64,000 nt of DNA from Planctomycetota bacterium (GCA_965223545.1 OZ245006.1:4576001-4640000), one strand, 5' to 3'. Positions 27,604 to 40,430 are shown, numbered from the stretch's first letter. Numbers and translations are program-made. The notes: a model not told the origin generated them from the letters alone.

Positions 27604-29556
27604 TCACCGAAGCTCGAATCGTCGGCCGCTCCGCACGACAAGGGGCCGCTCCCAGCCCTGGCCCGTCTTCGGCGTCCAGGTCACGGAGTAGTCGCCGCTG
27701 CTGAGCCCGCCGATCTGCGTGTAGTTGCTGGACTCGAGGATAGTCGTGCGAGGCACCGCCAGGGATTCGCCGGCGGAGAGTCGCCGGGCGATGAGCAAGG
27801 TTCCTGCATTCCCGGTGCCGTGGTTCCAGCGGAGCTCACCCTGCGGGCGTAGAGTCACGCTCGGCCCGATGCCGGACGATGGCGAGCCGGGTACGAACTC
27901 CTCCCCGTACCCAGCTGCGCCGATTCCCAGCCAAGAGTCGCTGGCGCCATCGATCGTGGCGTGCCAGCGACCGTCGCTGTCGACGGGCGTGACCCGGCTG
28001 CGCTCGATGGCGTGGGGGTGCACTGTTCGCACCCGCACGTGCTCGATCCTCTCGCCCGAAGAGCTCACGACCGTGCCACTGAACGCGTCGGTGGGTTGCA
28101 GCTCGACCACGGTCCGCGAACTGCGGATCTCCTCGAAATGCTCGCGATAGCCCGGGTAGCGGATCCTGATCTGATCTGGCTCAACGGCGAGTTCATCGAG
28201 AACGAACTCGCCGTCGGCCTTCGTCCGCCCGGTCCCGGTCTGCACCTGACCCCGAAGCATCGGAGTGACTTGGGCCAGAGCAATCGGCTTCTTCGACCGG
28301 GCGTCGCGCACCTTGCCGTGGACCCGCAAGCCTGGCGCCAGGTCTATGTGAAAGGGGATCTTTCGGGCATCGAGGTCGAAGGACCGAGTCTTTTCGACGA
28401 ACCCCGCGGCTCGTACGAGGAGCTGTCCTGGTCCGGCCGGGACGACCATGTCGAGCTCCCCGCCCTCGTTGCTCCTGCCGCGGACCGCGCTCGAGCCGTC
28501 CGTGGCGTACCACGTGGCACGCGCGCCCGCGATCGGTGCACCACTGATGGATCTGACGATGCCCTGCAGTTCGACGCCGCGTTCCAGCGCGATCCGGTGC
28601 GAGCCCGAGGGCCCGATTTCGGCTCGGACGATCTCGTCGACCACGGAGATCATGTTCTCGGCCGTCACCGTGCAGTACGTGTGCGTCCAGGACTCTGGCA
28701 GAGCATCCACGGTCGCCTCGCCGGAGTCTCCCGTCGTCCAGGTCACGCCCGGGGCGGTGGACAATGAGAGATCAGCGCCCGGGATCCCCTGCCCGTCGGG
28801 CGCGACGACGAAGATCTCGAGCTCCGTGGCTTTCGCCAGCACGATGCGAAGCGGACGCGCCGCATACGGGCCGCTGCCGGTCTCCGGTGGTCTGGCGGCC
28901 GCGGCCTGCATCGCGGCGTAGCCCCTGGCGACGACGGAGAACTCCGCGTTGGGCTGCTCCCACGCAATCGGCAGGACCACCAGCCCGTCCGAGTCGGTCG
29001 AGACCGTCGTGGGCGCGGCGGTGAAGGCCGTCACCGCGACGTTCGGCACGGGGTGGTGATCGGAGTCCGACACCCGAATGCGCAGGAGCCAAATGGTCGG
29101 CCGAGTCACGATCGCGCACCGCGCTTCGGGCTCTCCGGCGGAGATCTTCAGCGCCCCCGGCTCGCAGGAGAAGCCCGCCACCGAGACCTTCGCAGTCACC
29201 TCTCCGAGATTCGATACATCCACGGCGACGCGGCCAACGGCATCGCTGGTGTATCGCTGCGCCGAACGGTCGTCAGGTTCGAACGTCATTGCGAGTCCCG
29301 GCCGCGGTGTTCCGCTTCCGTCGATGAGCGTCAACAACAGCTCCCGGCGAGCGGGTGGTGGGGTGGCCGGAGTCCTGTCTTCTGCGGGCGGCCGGGCCCG
29401 TTCGCCGGAGAGGTCGACCGGGCCGCGGGCTTCGCGCCGGTCGGTCACGGGTGGTCGCGCGGATTGTCCGGCGCCGGACCAAGAGAACGCCATGGCGCCC
29501 AGCACCAGCCCTGCGACCGCGGCCCCCATCAAGTGGAGCTTGGTTCGTCTTGTCAT
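27604..29556 (-). CDS. Membrane-anchored carboxypeptidase-regulatory-like domain protein
   Basis: N-terminal TM (LMGAAVAGLVLGAMAFSW); repeated DG..IPGA.V / T...GE units. Confidence 0.78.
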   Translation of the reverse strand: MTRRTKLHLMGAAVAGLVLGAMAFSWSGAGQSARPPVTDRREARGPVDLSGERARPPAEDRTPATPPPARRELLLTLIDGSGTPRPGLAMTFEPDDRSAQRYTSDAVGRVAVDVSNLGEVTAKVSVAGFSCEPGALKISAGEPEARCAIVTRPTIWLLRIRVSDSDHHPVPNVAVTAFTAAPTTVSTDSDGLVVLPIAWEQPNAEFSVVARGYAAMQAAAARPPETGSGPYAARPLRIVLAKATELEIFVVAPDGQGIPGADLSLSTAPGVTWTTGDSGEATVDALPESWTHTYCTVTAENMISVVDEIVRAEIGPSGSHRIALERGVELQGIVRSISGAPIAGARATWYATDGSSAVRGRSNEGGELDMVVPAGPGQLLVRAAGFVEKTRSFDLDARKIPFHIDLAPGLRVHGKVRDARSKKPIALAQVTPMLRGQVQTGTGRTKADGEFVLDELAVEPDQIRIRYPGYREHFEEIRSSRTVVELQPTDAFSGTVVSSSGERIEHVRVRTVHPHAIERSRVTPVDSDGRWHATIDGASDSWLGIGAAGYGEEFVPGSPSSGIGPSVTLRPQGELRWNHGTGNAGTLLIARRLSAGESLAVPRTTILESSNYTQIGGLSSGDYSVTWTPKTGQGWERPLVVRSGRRFELR

Positions 29557-29649
29557 CGCGCTCCAGCAACGATACCGCGGGGCTCTTCGTTCAATCTCGG
29601 GCACCACCCCTGGTTGACAGCACAATCCCCACGGGCTCTGCTCGCCGCC

Positions 29650-30543
29650 GTGACTACGACCGAAGGCAAGCGTCCCCTGCACGTCGCCATCTCGCTGGGC
29701 AACGCCGACGTCGCGCCGATCGACGGCGTGAGCAATGAGGACGTTCACCGCGCGCACATGGACTTGGCTCGTGGGCTCCTGCAGCGCGGACACGTGCTGG
29801 TCTACGGTGGTGATCTCAAGCCGAGCGGGGGGCTCAGCGAGGAGCTGCTGGGGCTGGCGGCCGAAGCCTCGCCGCTCGGTGCCGGCGCGCGCGACGCCCC
29901 CGAGCGATGGGTGCGCAACGGCGTGGCGTGGCCGATCCACCTGCGCTATCGCCAAGAGGATCTCGCGCCGCTGAAGTTGCAGCGCGCCTTCGAGTTCTTC
30001 GATCCGCCGGCCGACCTGGCGCTCGATGACGCCGCGCGGCAGACGTTCGTGCCGCCGGACACGCCGGAGCGCCGGGTGTGGTGGGCGCGCTCGTTCCGAG
30101 CGATGCGCGAGCAGCTGGGCGGCACGCTGGATGCGCGGGTCGTGGTGTGCGGCCGCGGCATCGGCTCGTCGGGGGCGATCCCGGGGATTCTCGAAGAATG
30201 CGTGGTCGCCGTGCAGCAGCGGACGCCGCTGTTCCTGGTCGGCGCGCTCGGTGGCGTTGCGGTGCCTTTGATCGAAGCGTTCACGCAGGGCACGACCACC
30301 GTCTTCACCCGAGAAGCGCAGCGGGCGCACGAGCCGATGGGGGCGCTGTTCGACTATCTCGACGCCAACGGGCTCGGCGCACTCGCTGATTTCGAAGCGA
30401 TCGTGCGCCAGCTGCACGAGGCCGGCGTCGAAGGCTTGTGCAACGGGCTGAGCCGAGAGGAGAACGAACGCCTGTTCACCGGCCGTGACTGGCCGGCATC
30501 GCTCGAGCTGTTCTTGAACGGGCTCGAGCGACTGCGCGGCTAA
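29650..30543 (+). CDS. Stand-alone SLOG-superfamily protein (SLOG cluster 2-like)
   Basis: VAISL...LARGLL..G..LVYGGDL; WP.H; MRE..; ARVVVCG...G.IPGILEE; PLFLVGALGG. Confidence 0.78.
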   Translation: MTTTEGKRPLHVAISLGNADVAPIDGVSNEDVHRAHMDLARGLLQRGHVLVYGGDLKPSGGLSEELLGLAAEASPLGAGARDAPERWVRNGVAWPIHLRYRQEDLAPLKLQRAFEFFDPPADLALDDAARQTFVPPDTPERRVWWARSFRAMREQLGGTLDARVVVCGRGIGSSGAIPGILEECVVAVQQRTPLFLVGALGGVAVPLIEAFTQGTTTVFTREAQRAHEPMGALFDYLDANGLGALADFEAIVRQLHEAGVEGLCNGLSREENERLFTGRDWPASLELFLNGLERLRG

Positions 30544-31922
30544 AGCCCGCCGACCTGCGCCGCGCCCGCGCCGGATACCAGCAGCTGCGCCGGGTTCGCG
30601 CCGGGCGCGGCCACCAGCGCTTGCAGGTAGAACGTTTGGCCCAAGAGCCCCGGTGCGTTGGGGATCTGCGCCGTCCAGACCGAGCCGAAGCCGATCGCCG
30701 TGCTCGCCAAGGGGCCGACGAGGAGGCTGCAACCGGTGATCCCGAATCGCGTCAGATCCAAGGGCAGTGGCACCGCGCCCCATTGGCTGATCGAGTTGCC
30801 GACCATCATCACGCCGGCGCCCGGTGCGTTGGCAACCTGCACGGAGAACGGGCGCCCCAGCCACGGCAGGCTCGACGGGGCCGTGGCGCGTAGGCTCGGG
30901 GCGGCGATCCCGGCACACCCCGGCCCGGTCGTCGCGAACCGGGCCGCGACCACGGGCTCGTAGATCCAGGTCTCGTCACTGGCACCTCCCGATGCGAACC
31001 CGCCGAACATCACGGTCTGGCCGCGGGCGGTGTCGTGCGCCAATGCGAACTCGGAGCGGCCGGCGGGCGCGCCCGACGGCATCCGTGGGGCCCAACCGCT
31101 GCTGGCGTCCAGCTCGTAGGTTCCCCACGGAAACCCCTGGCCGGGGCCGCCGCCGAAGCCGACCTTGACCACGCGGTCGCGCGCCTCGTCGTAGGCCATC
31201 TTCCAGGCCGCCGGTGCGGCACCGCCGTTCACCACCGTCCACGCCCGGCCATCCCATGCCCACGTGTCGGTGAACAGGTTGGCACCACCCTGGCCACCGC
31301 CCAACAGGACGCGCCGGCGCTGCGAGTCGTAGGTCAGGTGCGCGTAGGCGCGCTCCGGAGGGTGCACCGCGACCGGCGCGAGCCGCCACGACGATCCGTC
31401 CCATACCCAAGTCTCGTTGGTCGGATTCGCCAGCGCGCCTCCGCCGAACTGGATCACCGAGCGATCGGCGCGCGACAACACGGCACCGATCTGGTTGGGG
31501 GGCGTCTGTGCTGCGGCGGCGACTTTGGTCCACGCGACGCCATCCCAGCGCCAAGTGCCGTAGCCGTTGTTGTCGAACAGCACGACGATGACACCACCTC
31601 CCACCGGGTCGTGTGCGAGGGTCGCATCGAGGATGCCGATCGAGCTGGGATAGGGAATCCGACTCCAAGTCGTGCCATCCCACTCCCACGCGTCGGTGAG
31701 CGCGCGGCTGTTGTCGTCGACGCCACCGAGCATCACGCATCGCGCGCGCCCGGGGTCGTAGGCCATCCCCGCGCCGTAGCGCGCCGGGGGCTCTTGAGCC
31801 GGCGACGCCAGCCGCCACCGTGTCTGGCTGGCGCCGTGCGCCAGCGGTGCAGTCACGCTGATTGTGAGCGCGGTGATGGAGCAAACGAAGCTCGCGCGCA
31901 GCCAGCCATGAGGATTCAGCAT
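30540..31922 (-). CDS. Secreted Kelch-like beta-propeller protein with shared C-terminal domain
   Basis: Signal peptide; repeats of [MA]YD..R...V.FGG and TW.WDG..W. Confidence 0.88.
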   Translation of the reverse strand: MLNPHGWLRASFVCSITALTISVTAPLAHGASQTRWRLASPAQEPPARYGAGMAYDPGRARCVMLGGVDDNSRALTDAWEWDGTTWSRIPYPSSIGILDATLAHDPVGGGVIVVLFDNNGYGTWRWDGVAWTKVAAAAQTPPNQIGAVLSRADRSVIQFGGGALANPTNETWVWDGSSWRLAPVAVHPPERAYAHLTYDSQRRRVLLGGGQGGANLFTDTWAWDGRAWTVVNGGAAPAAWKMAYDEARDRVVKVGFGGGPGQGFPWGTYELDASSGWAPRMPSGAPAGRSEFALAHDTARGQTVMFGGFASGGASDETWIYEPVVAARFATTGPGCAGIAAPSLRATAPSSLPWLGRPFSVQVANAPGAGVMMVGNSISQWGAVPLPLDLTRFGITGCSLLVGPLASTAIGFGSVWTAQIPNAPGLLGQTFYLQALVAAPGANPAQLLVSGAGAAQVGGL

Positions 31923-32176
31923 GTGGATCGACCTCTACGCAGGAGGCGGCGACCGGACTTGCGTTTCTTAGAAAACCTACCCCGAACGGTCACCGTGTGT
32001 CCGGGGACTCCTCGTCGGGCTTCTTTGCGACTGGAGAAAGTCGTCGACCGAGGAGAAACCACCGATTCGTGTGCACCCGGATCGGGTCTTGGGGCCAGTT
32101 GTCAGGCCCCGCCAGCGGTGCCGCACCGCGCAGCTCTTGACGTTGACCGGTCGGCGCCAACGATAGGAGCGGAGTC

Positions 32177-33697
32177 ATGTCTCTCACCGAACACTCCCGT
32201 CGCCGCTGGATTGCCGCGCTGCTCGCCGTCGGGTTGGCCGCGGGGTCGGTGTTCGCCCAGTCCGAGGCGCGCCGCGTCGCGAGACTGCGAGCGGCCTTCG
32301 CGCGTGAGGCCAAGTCCGGCGAGGACTTCGACCGCCGGCTGGAGGCGCTGCGGAGCGTCGAGCCACTGAGCGAGCGCATCGTCGAGACTCTGGTCGCCGT
32401 CTACGATCGCATGGAGCGGGAGGCGAAGCCGATCGAGGAGCGCCGCGACCGGCCGTTGCAGTCGGGGGGTGGCAGTGCGCGGCTGGTGCCGTTGCGCGAC
32501 GCGTTGCAGCGGTTGCGCTCGTTGCAGGATGTCGTGGTCGCGGTCGTGACGCGGGCGCGGGGCGAGCCGCTGGTCCGGTTGGTGGGGCTGGCGCTGGGTC
32601 GCAAGCGACTGCCCACGCGTTTGGCGCACGGCATCGTCGGGAGCGCGCAGCACCTCGAAGCCGGCGAGGCCGATGTCGTCTTCGACAAGCTCACCAAGAG
32701 CTCGTCGCGAGAGGTCGTCGTGCTGGCTCTGGCGGCGGTGGCGGCGATCGGTCCCGCAGCCCACGCCGCCGGCAACCGGGTCGTGGAGCTGCTCGGGCAC
32801 GAGGATGTCGATGTCGCCGTTCAGGCGGTACGCGCCCTGGAGGCCCTGCGCTGGCCGGCTTCGCTTCCCGCGATGATCGATCGCCTCGACGGCGCCGAGG
32901 GGCGCCTGCGGCGGTCCTTGATCGGCGCGCTGCGAACGCTGACCGGCGCCAACCCCGGCGCTGCTGTCGCGTCGTGGCGCCTTTGGCTCGAGCACGAGGG
33001 GCGGGCAATGGTCGAGGGGAAGGCCCCGCTCGCCGCCGCGGACGCCGCCGAGGCGAGTGCGCAGCCCGAACCACAGCTCGAGTCGGTGCCGGGGGCGACC
33101 GGCTCGTACTTCGGGATTCCGCAGGATGGCGACGCGATCCTGTACGTCGTCGACGCGTCGCAGTCGATGCGACAGCCTGGCGCCGGCACAAGTGATGAAA
33201 CCCGGATGGAGCGTTGTCAGCGTGAGCTGCACCGGGCGCTCGACGCGCTGCCGCGCGGCAAGCGCTTCAACTTGATCACCTTTGCAAACGGCGTGGTGGC
33301 GTTCGACACCGCCATGCAAGAGGCGACCCCGGACAACCTGCGCCGGGCGCACGAGTGGGTCGACGCCATCCAGCTGCAATATCAGACCAACGTGTACGAT
33401 GCCCTCGACCTCGCCTTCCGGGTTGCCGGCCGCCGCGGCGAGGACGACCTCTATCCCCTCGAGGCCGACACGATCTTGTTCTTGTCCGACGGTGAGCCGA
33501 CGCGCCGATCTACAACGCGAGCCGGCATGCAGCCCGATTCGGCCGACGAGATCCTCGCCGCGGTCCATCGCTGGAACCCGTTGCGGCGCATCGTCGTGCA
33601 CGTCGTCGCCCTGGGAGTCAGACCCAGGGCCGAGCGACCGCGCAACTTCTTGCGGCGGTTGGCGCAGGAGAACGGCGGGCGCTTCGTCGAGCGCTGA
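32177..33697 (+). CDS. HEAT-repeat plus von Willebrand factor A domain protein
   Basis: Signal peptide; helical repeats; MIDAS DASQSM, TNVYDAL, FLSDGEP. Confidence 0.88.
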   Translation: MSLTEHSRRRWIAALLAVGLAAGSVFAQSEARRVARLRAAFAREAKSGEDFDRRLEALRSVEPLSERIVETLVAVYDRMEREAKPIEERRDRPLQSGGGSARLVPLRDALQRLRSLQDVVVAVVTRARGEPLVRLVGLALGRKRLPTRLAHGIVGSAQHLEAGEADVVFDKLTKSSSREVVVLALAAVAAIGPAAHAAGNRVVELLGHEDVDVAVQAVRALEALRWPASLPAMIDRLDGAEGRLRRSLIGALRTLTGANPGAAVASWRLWLEHEGRAMVEGKAPLAAADAAEASAQPEPQLESVPGATGSYFGIPQDGDAILYVVDASQSMRQPGAGTSDETRMERCQRELHRALDALPRGKRFNLITFANGVVAFDTAMQEATPDNLRRAHEWVDAIQLQYQTNVYDALDLAFRVAGRRGEDDLYPLEADTILFLSDGEPTRRSTTRAGMQPDSADEILAAVHRWNPLRRIVVHVVALGVRPRAERPRNFLRRLAQENGGRFVER

Positions 33698-35142
<1,445 letters not shown>

Positions 35143-35146
<4 letters not shown>

Positions 35147-38079
35147 GGCTTGTGCAGCGTCTCGTCGAGATTGAGTAGCACGCTTGCGGCGATGGTCCAG
35201 GCGGCGAGGTCGGCGGGGGAGGTGTCGATGGGCGTCGCGCCGGCGAGCGCGTGGGCGGCGGCCGGCGCACCGGCGTAGTGCCGGCGCTCGCGCTCCAGAA
35301 GCTGGAGCAGGCGGTTGCGCTCGTCGTCGGTCGGCTCGCGCACCAGGCACAGCCGGACCGCGTGGTCGATGCGGTCCAGGTCGGTGCCGTCGGGGCACTC
35401 GCGCAGTGCGCGACGCGCCAGCGCGCGGGCGGCCTCGACGTAGACCGGATCGTTGAGCACAACGAGCGCCTGCAGGGGCGTGTTGGTCGGCGTGCGCCGC
35501 ACGACGCAGAACTCCCGGCTCGGCGCGTCGAAGGCGACCATCGACGGGTACGGGTTGGTGCGCCGCCAAAACGTGTAGAGCCCGCGGCGATAGCGATCTT
35601 CGCCGGTGGCGTCGGTCCAGCGGTCGCTGCTGTAGACCACCTGCCAAAGCCCCTGCGGCTGAGGGGGCATGACGCTCGGACCGCCGATCTCGTCGGACAG
35701 CAGCCCGGCGATGGCCAGCGCCTGGTCGCGGATCGTCTCGGCGGGCAAGCGGCGCCGGGGGCCGCGACCCAACCAGGTGTTGTCCGGATCGGCAGCCCGG
35801 CGCGCGCTCGGCACGGCGGCGGTCTGCCGATAGGTCGCCGAGGTCACCATCAGGCGCAGCATGCGCTTGACGCTCCAGCCGTTGTCGATGAGCCGCCGGC
35901 TCAACCAATCCAAGAGCTGCGGGTGGCTCGGCGGGTCTCCCTGCGTGCCGAAGTCTTCACTGGTCGCCACCAGCCCGCGGCCGAACAGTCCCTCCCAGAG
36001 GCGGTTGACGACTACCCGTGCGGTCAGCGGGTTTTCGTTTCCCACCAGCCACTGCGCGAACCCCAACCGATCGCGGCGTGCGTCGGCCGGCAAGTTCGGC
36101 CAGATCGATGGCAGGCCTGGCTCGACGGCCTCGCCCTTGGCGAGAAAGCTGCCGCGTCGATGCACGTGGGTCGTGCGCCGCGCGTCGGGCGGCAGCTCGC
36201 GCATCACCGGTACCGAGTTGCCGCGGATCTTGTCGATCGACGCCTGCAACGCGTCGGCCGCCGCGATCAGCGGCCGCGTCGCCTCGTCCTGGGCGAGGTA
36301 GGCGTCGGTCAGGGCGCGCTGTTGCGCGGCCGACCGCTCGGCGGCCGCGACCGCGAGCGCGGCCTCCGCCTCGCCGCCCAGATCATCGGGCCGCAGCGCG
36401 AACGCGAAGCCCGCCGCCCCGCCGTGGTTGGTGATGCGGAGCACGACTTCGTTGTCGCCGGCCCGCAGCCGGCCGGCGGCGCGGTCTTGATCGGGCGCCG
36501 CGCCGCGGCGCACGTCGCGGTGCAGCAGGCGTTCGCCGTTGAGCCAGAGCTCGACGCCGTCATCGCTGCCGATCGAGAACACGACGTCGAGCGCTGCGGC
36601 CGCGACCAGCTTGCGCCGCAGCAGCCAGCTGGCCGGTGCGCCGTCGGGCAGGGCGTGGACGACTCCGTCTCCCCATTCGGGGTGTGGCTGCCAGGCGGCG
36701 TCATCGGCGGGACTCGGCTCCGCGTCGGCCGCGCCGGCGGGCGGTATCGGCAGCGGTCCCGCCAGCTGCCAAGCGCCGCTCTCGAGGTCGGTGTCGGCAA
36801 AGCGCGCGCGGTGCAGCTCGCGCTCGGCGAGCCACGCGTCGCGCGCCACGGTCACGGCGGCCGGCAGGTCGTCCAGCACGGCGCGCTGCCGTGCGAGCAG
36901 GGCCTCCAGGCGCGCCCGCTCGGCGCGTTGGCTCGCGTCGAGCACGCGCAGCAGTGGCCGGTCGTCGTCCTTGTCGCTGTCCTCGGTGTTGTTGAAGAAG
37001 GCGAAGGCGCGGTAGTAGTCGCGCTGCTCGATCGGGTCGTATTTGTGATCGTGGCAGCGGGCGCACTCCATGGTCGTGCCGAGCCACACCTGTGCCGTCG
37101 TCGACAGCCGGTCGTGCACCGCCTCGACGCGGAACTCCTCGTCGTCGGTGCCGCCCTCGTCGTTGGTCATCGTGTTGCGGTGGAACGCCGTGGCGATGTG
37201 CTGGGCTTCGGTGGCATCGGGCAGCAGATCGCCGGCCAGCTGCTCGATCGTGAACCGGTCGAACGACAAGTCGCGGTTGAAGGCGTCGATGACCCAATCG
37301 CGGTAGAGCCAGATCTCGCGCCGCGCATCCTTCTCGAATCCCTTGGTGTCGGCGTAGCGCGCGAGATCGAGCCATCCGCGCGCCATGTGCTCGCCGTATC
37401 GGGGGGATGCGAGCAATGCGTCGACAGCGCGTTCGTAGGCGCCCGGGGCGTGGTCGGCGGCGAACGCGCGGCGGAGCGCCTCGCTCGGTGGCAAGCCGGT
37501 CAGGTCCAGGCTGACCCGCCGCAGCAGCGTCTGCCGGTCGGCGCTGGGCGCGGGTTGCCAACCCCGCGCCTCGAGCCGGGCCAAGGCGAACGCGTCGATG
37601 GCGTTGCGCAGCCAGTCGGGCTGGGCGACCGCCGGCGGGGTCACCGCGGCGATCGGGCGGTAGGCCCAATGGGCGAGCGGGGCGGCGGTGTCCGGCTCGG
37701 CGGGCCACGGTGCTCCGGCGTCGATCCAACGCCGGAGGACGTCGATCTGCGCGTCGGTCAGCGGTGCTTCGCGGGGTGGCATCCGTCGCTTGCCGCGACT
37801 CTGCGTGATGTGCCACATCAGCAAGCTGCCGTCGGCGTCGCCGGCGCGGATCGGTGGCCCGGAGCGGCCGCCCGCCAGCGCACTCTGCCGCCGGTCGAGG
37901 CGCAGGCTCTTGCGCTGCACGCGCGGGCCGTGGCACGGCACGCAGCGGCGCTCCAGGATGGGCGCGACGTCGCGGCGGAAATCCGGCGGCGCCGCCGGTT
38001 CCTGCGCCCGCGCGGCGGGGCCGAGACCGGCCGCGCCGAGAGCGAGCAACGCGACGGTGGGGGCGCAGCGGGCGGACAT
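35143..38079 (-). CDS. PSD1/planctomycete cytochrome c domain protein (PSCyt1-DUF1549-DUF1553)
   Basis: CVPCH and CARCHDHKYDP; DLARYADT; NPLTARV.VNR.W; TNTPLQAL; PA14-like insert GSDDG..LWLNG. Confidence 0.95.
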
Positions 38080-38113
38080 CGCCCGGGATCATAGCACCGG
38101 AGGCGGGGGCTCC

Positions 38114-38779
38114 TCAGGTCGGGGTGCCGCCGGCGCGGCGGGCATGCGTCTTGCGGTGGCCGCGCAGGTCGAACCAGATCTTCAGCGCCACCAGCACGAT
38201 CAGGACGCCGTGCGGCAAGTCGAGCACGACGACCAGGACGGCGCCGAGCACGATCGCCAAGTGCATCACCAAGATGCGCGGGTAGATCGACGACATCTCG
38301 CGGTTGACCGTGGTGCGCCGGTATTCGCCGCGGCCGATGTAGTTGACGAAGAACGACAGCGTGTGGCTGATCGCCAGCCCGCCGATCGCCACCGCCGTCT
38401 CGGTGCGCTCGAGGAGGGTCCACGCGCGCTGCAGCGCTTGCCAGCCCTCGCGCGCGTGAAAGCCACTGTCCGTGATCGCGCTCAGCAGCATCAAGTGCGC
38501 GAACAAGAACATGCCGTAGTGGACGCAGAAGAAGGCGATCAGGAACAGCTTGGGCGTGCCCGGCTGCCGCATCGGCGCCAGCGCCATGCGCGGCAGATTG
38601 AGCACGCCGAGCACCGCGTTCTCCAGCCAGTAGAGAATCAGCAGGTGGTACGGATCCCAGTCGAAGGCCACCACGCCGATCGCGGGGACGAGGTTGGCCA
38701 GCACCAGCGCTAGTTGCGACAGGCGCAGCGCCGCAAGAGGTTGCGGAGACTCGTTGCGGTCGGCGGCGGGCGGCTGCAT
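38114..38779 (-). CDS. DUF6498-like membrane protein
   Basis: ANLVP..GV..F.W, YWLEN, FFCVHYG.F..H, RILVMH. Confidence 0.8.
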   Translation of the reverse strand: MQPPAADRNESPQPLAALRLSQLALVLANLVPAIGVVAFDWDPYHLLILYWLENAVLGVLNLPRMALAPMRQPGTPKLFLIAFFCVHYGMFLFAHLMLLSAITDSGFHAREGWQALQRAWTLLERTETAVAIGGLAISHTLSFFVNYIGRGEYRRTTVNREMSSIYPRILVMHLAIVLGAVLVVVLDLPHGVLIVLVALKIWFDLRGHRKTHARRAGGTPT

Positions 38780-38866
38780 CGAGGCAACCGTAGTGCGTCG
38801 AATCGGCGCGGCGCAACAGATCTCAGCGCGCGCGACCCCGGCGGTCCGCCGTGCTACAACCCGTCC

Positions 38867-39796
38867 ATGCATTCGACAGCGGTGCGTGGCGTTCGGTATG
38901 CCCTGTTGTGGTTCTCGATGCCGGTGTGGGCGGCGGCGTGCGCGGTGCCCGAGGCCCGGACTCTCGATGGTCGAGCACTGCACCGGCCGGCGCTGCCGCC
39001 CGCCGTTCTCGACGGGCGCCTCGCCGCGCTGCGCGACGCCGAAGCGGAGCTGTTGGCGTCGCCCGACAGTCTCGATGCGCTGATCTGGGTCGGTCGTCGG
39101 CAGGCATACTTGAGCCGCTACCGCGACGCGATCGCGACCTACGATCGCGGGTTGCGCGTGCACGGCGAGCACCCACGCCTGCTGCGCCACCGGGGCCATC
39201 GCTGGCTGACGTTGCGAGCGCTCGATGCGGCGCGCAGCGATCTGCAGCGCGCCACCGCGCTGATCGAGGGACAGGCCGACCGGGTCGAGGCCGATGGCTT
39301 GCCCAACGCGCGCGGCATCCCCACCAGCACGCTGCACACCAACATCCACTACCACCTGGGCTTGGCTTGCTTCCTGCAGGGGGACTACGCCGCTGCCGAG
39401 GCCGCGTACCGCCGTTGCCTCGCGGTCGCGGCAAACCCGGACATGTGGTGCGCGACGGCGTACTGGCTGTGCCTCACCCTGTGGCGGCAGGGTGGTGATG
39501 CGGTAGACCTCTTGCGGTCGGTCGACGCGGACTTCGACGTCATCGAGAACCACGCCTATCACGAGTTGCTCTTAGTGTTCGCCGGGAAGCGCGCGGTGGA
39601 CACGGTGCTCGCCGGAGTCGAGGAGGGCAGTGGCGACTTCGCGACCCGCGCCTTCGGTGTGGCCGAGTGGCTCCACCGCCGCGGGGATCCCGCTGCCGCG
39701 CGGGATCTGCTGCGACGCATCTGTGCCGGCGACTCGTGGGCGTCGTTCGGCCACATCGCCGCCGAAGCCCGTTTGCTCGAGACCGGCGTGCGCTGA
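38867..39796 (+). CDS. TPR-repeat protein, probably exported
   Basis: IWVGRRQAYL, RHRGHRWLTLR, NIHYHLGLA TPR helices. Confidence 0.82.
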   Translation: MHSTAVRGVRYALLWFSMPVWAAACAVPEARTLDGRALHRPALPPAVLDGRLAALRDAEAELLASPDSLDALIWVGRRQAYLSRYRDAIATYDRGLRVHGEHPRLLRHRGHRWLTLRALDAARSDLQRATALIEGQADRVEADGLPNARGIPTSTLHTNIHYHLGLACFLQGDYAAAEAAYRRCLAVAANPDMWCATAYWLCLTLWRQGGDAVDLLRSVDADFDVIENHAYHELLLVFAGKRAVDTVLAGVEEGSGDFATRAFGVAEWLHRRGDPAAARDLLRRICAGDSWASFGHIAAEARLLETGVR

Positions 39797-39801
39797 CCGC
39801 G

Positions 39802-40350
39802 CTACCAGGTGTCGATCGCGCGGGCCAAGTTGGCCCGGGCGGTGGCCTCCAAGCCCGCACCCCAGCTGGTGTGGTAGATCCGGTCGCGGGCCAGGAAGCG
39901 CTCGAAGACCTCGCGCTGACCGCGGTAGAAGTCGTCGTCGGAGTAGCAGGAATACTCCGCGCGGATGTCGTCGGTGTTGGCGCGGAACCTCGGCCAGTCA
40001 CTCGCCAGCGAGGACAGGTCGAGGTCGAGGACCGCGGCCGAGGCGTCGCAGCTGGGCTCGTGCTGGACGGTGTCGAGCACGATCTGGCGCACGAGGTCGA
40101 CACTGTCGGTGGGCCAGCCCGCGGCGCCCAGCTGCTGCGCCGCCAGCGCCGCGCTGTCCGCCTCGTTGGTGGTGCTCGGCACCTTGTAGATGGCGTCGTG
40201 GTACCAGACCGCCAGCACCTGCTCCGGCGACAGGCGCAGGTCGCGACCCTTCCACAGCATGTCGGCGATGTGCTCGATCGTGTGGTAGCGCCGGTGAGGC
40301 TCGCAGTAGCGCCGGCTGAGGTCGACGAGAACCGAATTGGGCAGTGGCAC
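39802..40350 (-). CDS. HD-superfamily metal-dependent phosphohydrolase (COG4339-like)
   Basis: Y.EPHR.YHT..HI, WYHDAIY, NE..SA, LDLDL..L, IR.EY. Confidence 0.88.
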   Translation of the reverse strand: MPLPNSVLVDLSRRYCEPHRRYHTIEHIADMLWKGRDLRLSPEQVLAVWYHDAIYKVPSTTNEADSAALAAQQLGAAGWPTDSVDLVRQIVLDTVQHEPSCDASAAVLDLDLSSLASDWPRFRANTDDIRAEYSCYSDDDFYRGQREVFERFLARDRIYHTSWGAGLEATARANLARAIDTW

Positions 40351-40430
40351 CGAGGAGTCTTGCGGCGGGGATGCGGGCGACGGGCGGGGACAGACTGTAG
40401 CGTCTGCCGCGCGCCGTCGCGAGCTTGGCG

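Noticed and set aside
27604..30918. 1104-aa ORF as a single protein
   Set aside because: Its N-terminal ~450 aa are antisense or off-frame to the SLOG and Kelch genes; the credible start is 29556
35251..38094. Long antisense ORFs (947 aa here; also 6386-9361, 42142-43731, 57612-59153, 11-1009)
   Set aside because: Shadow frames of real opposite-strand genes, as expected in high-GC DNA
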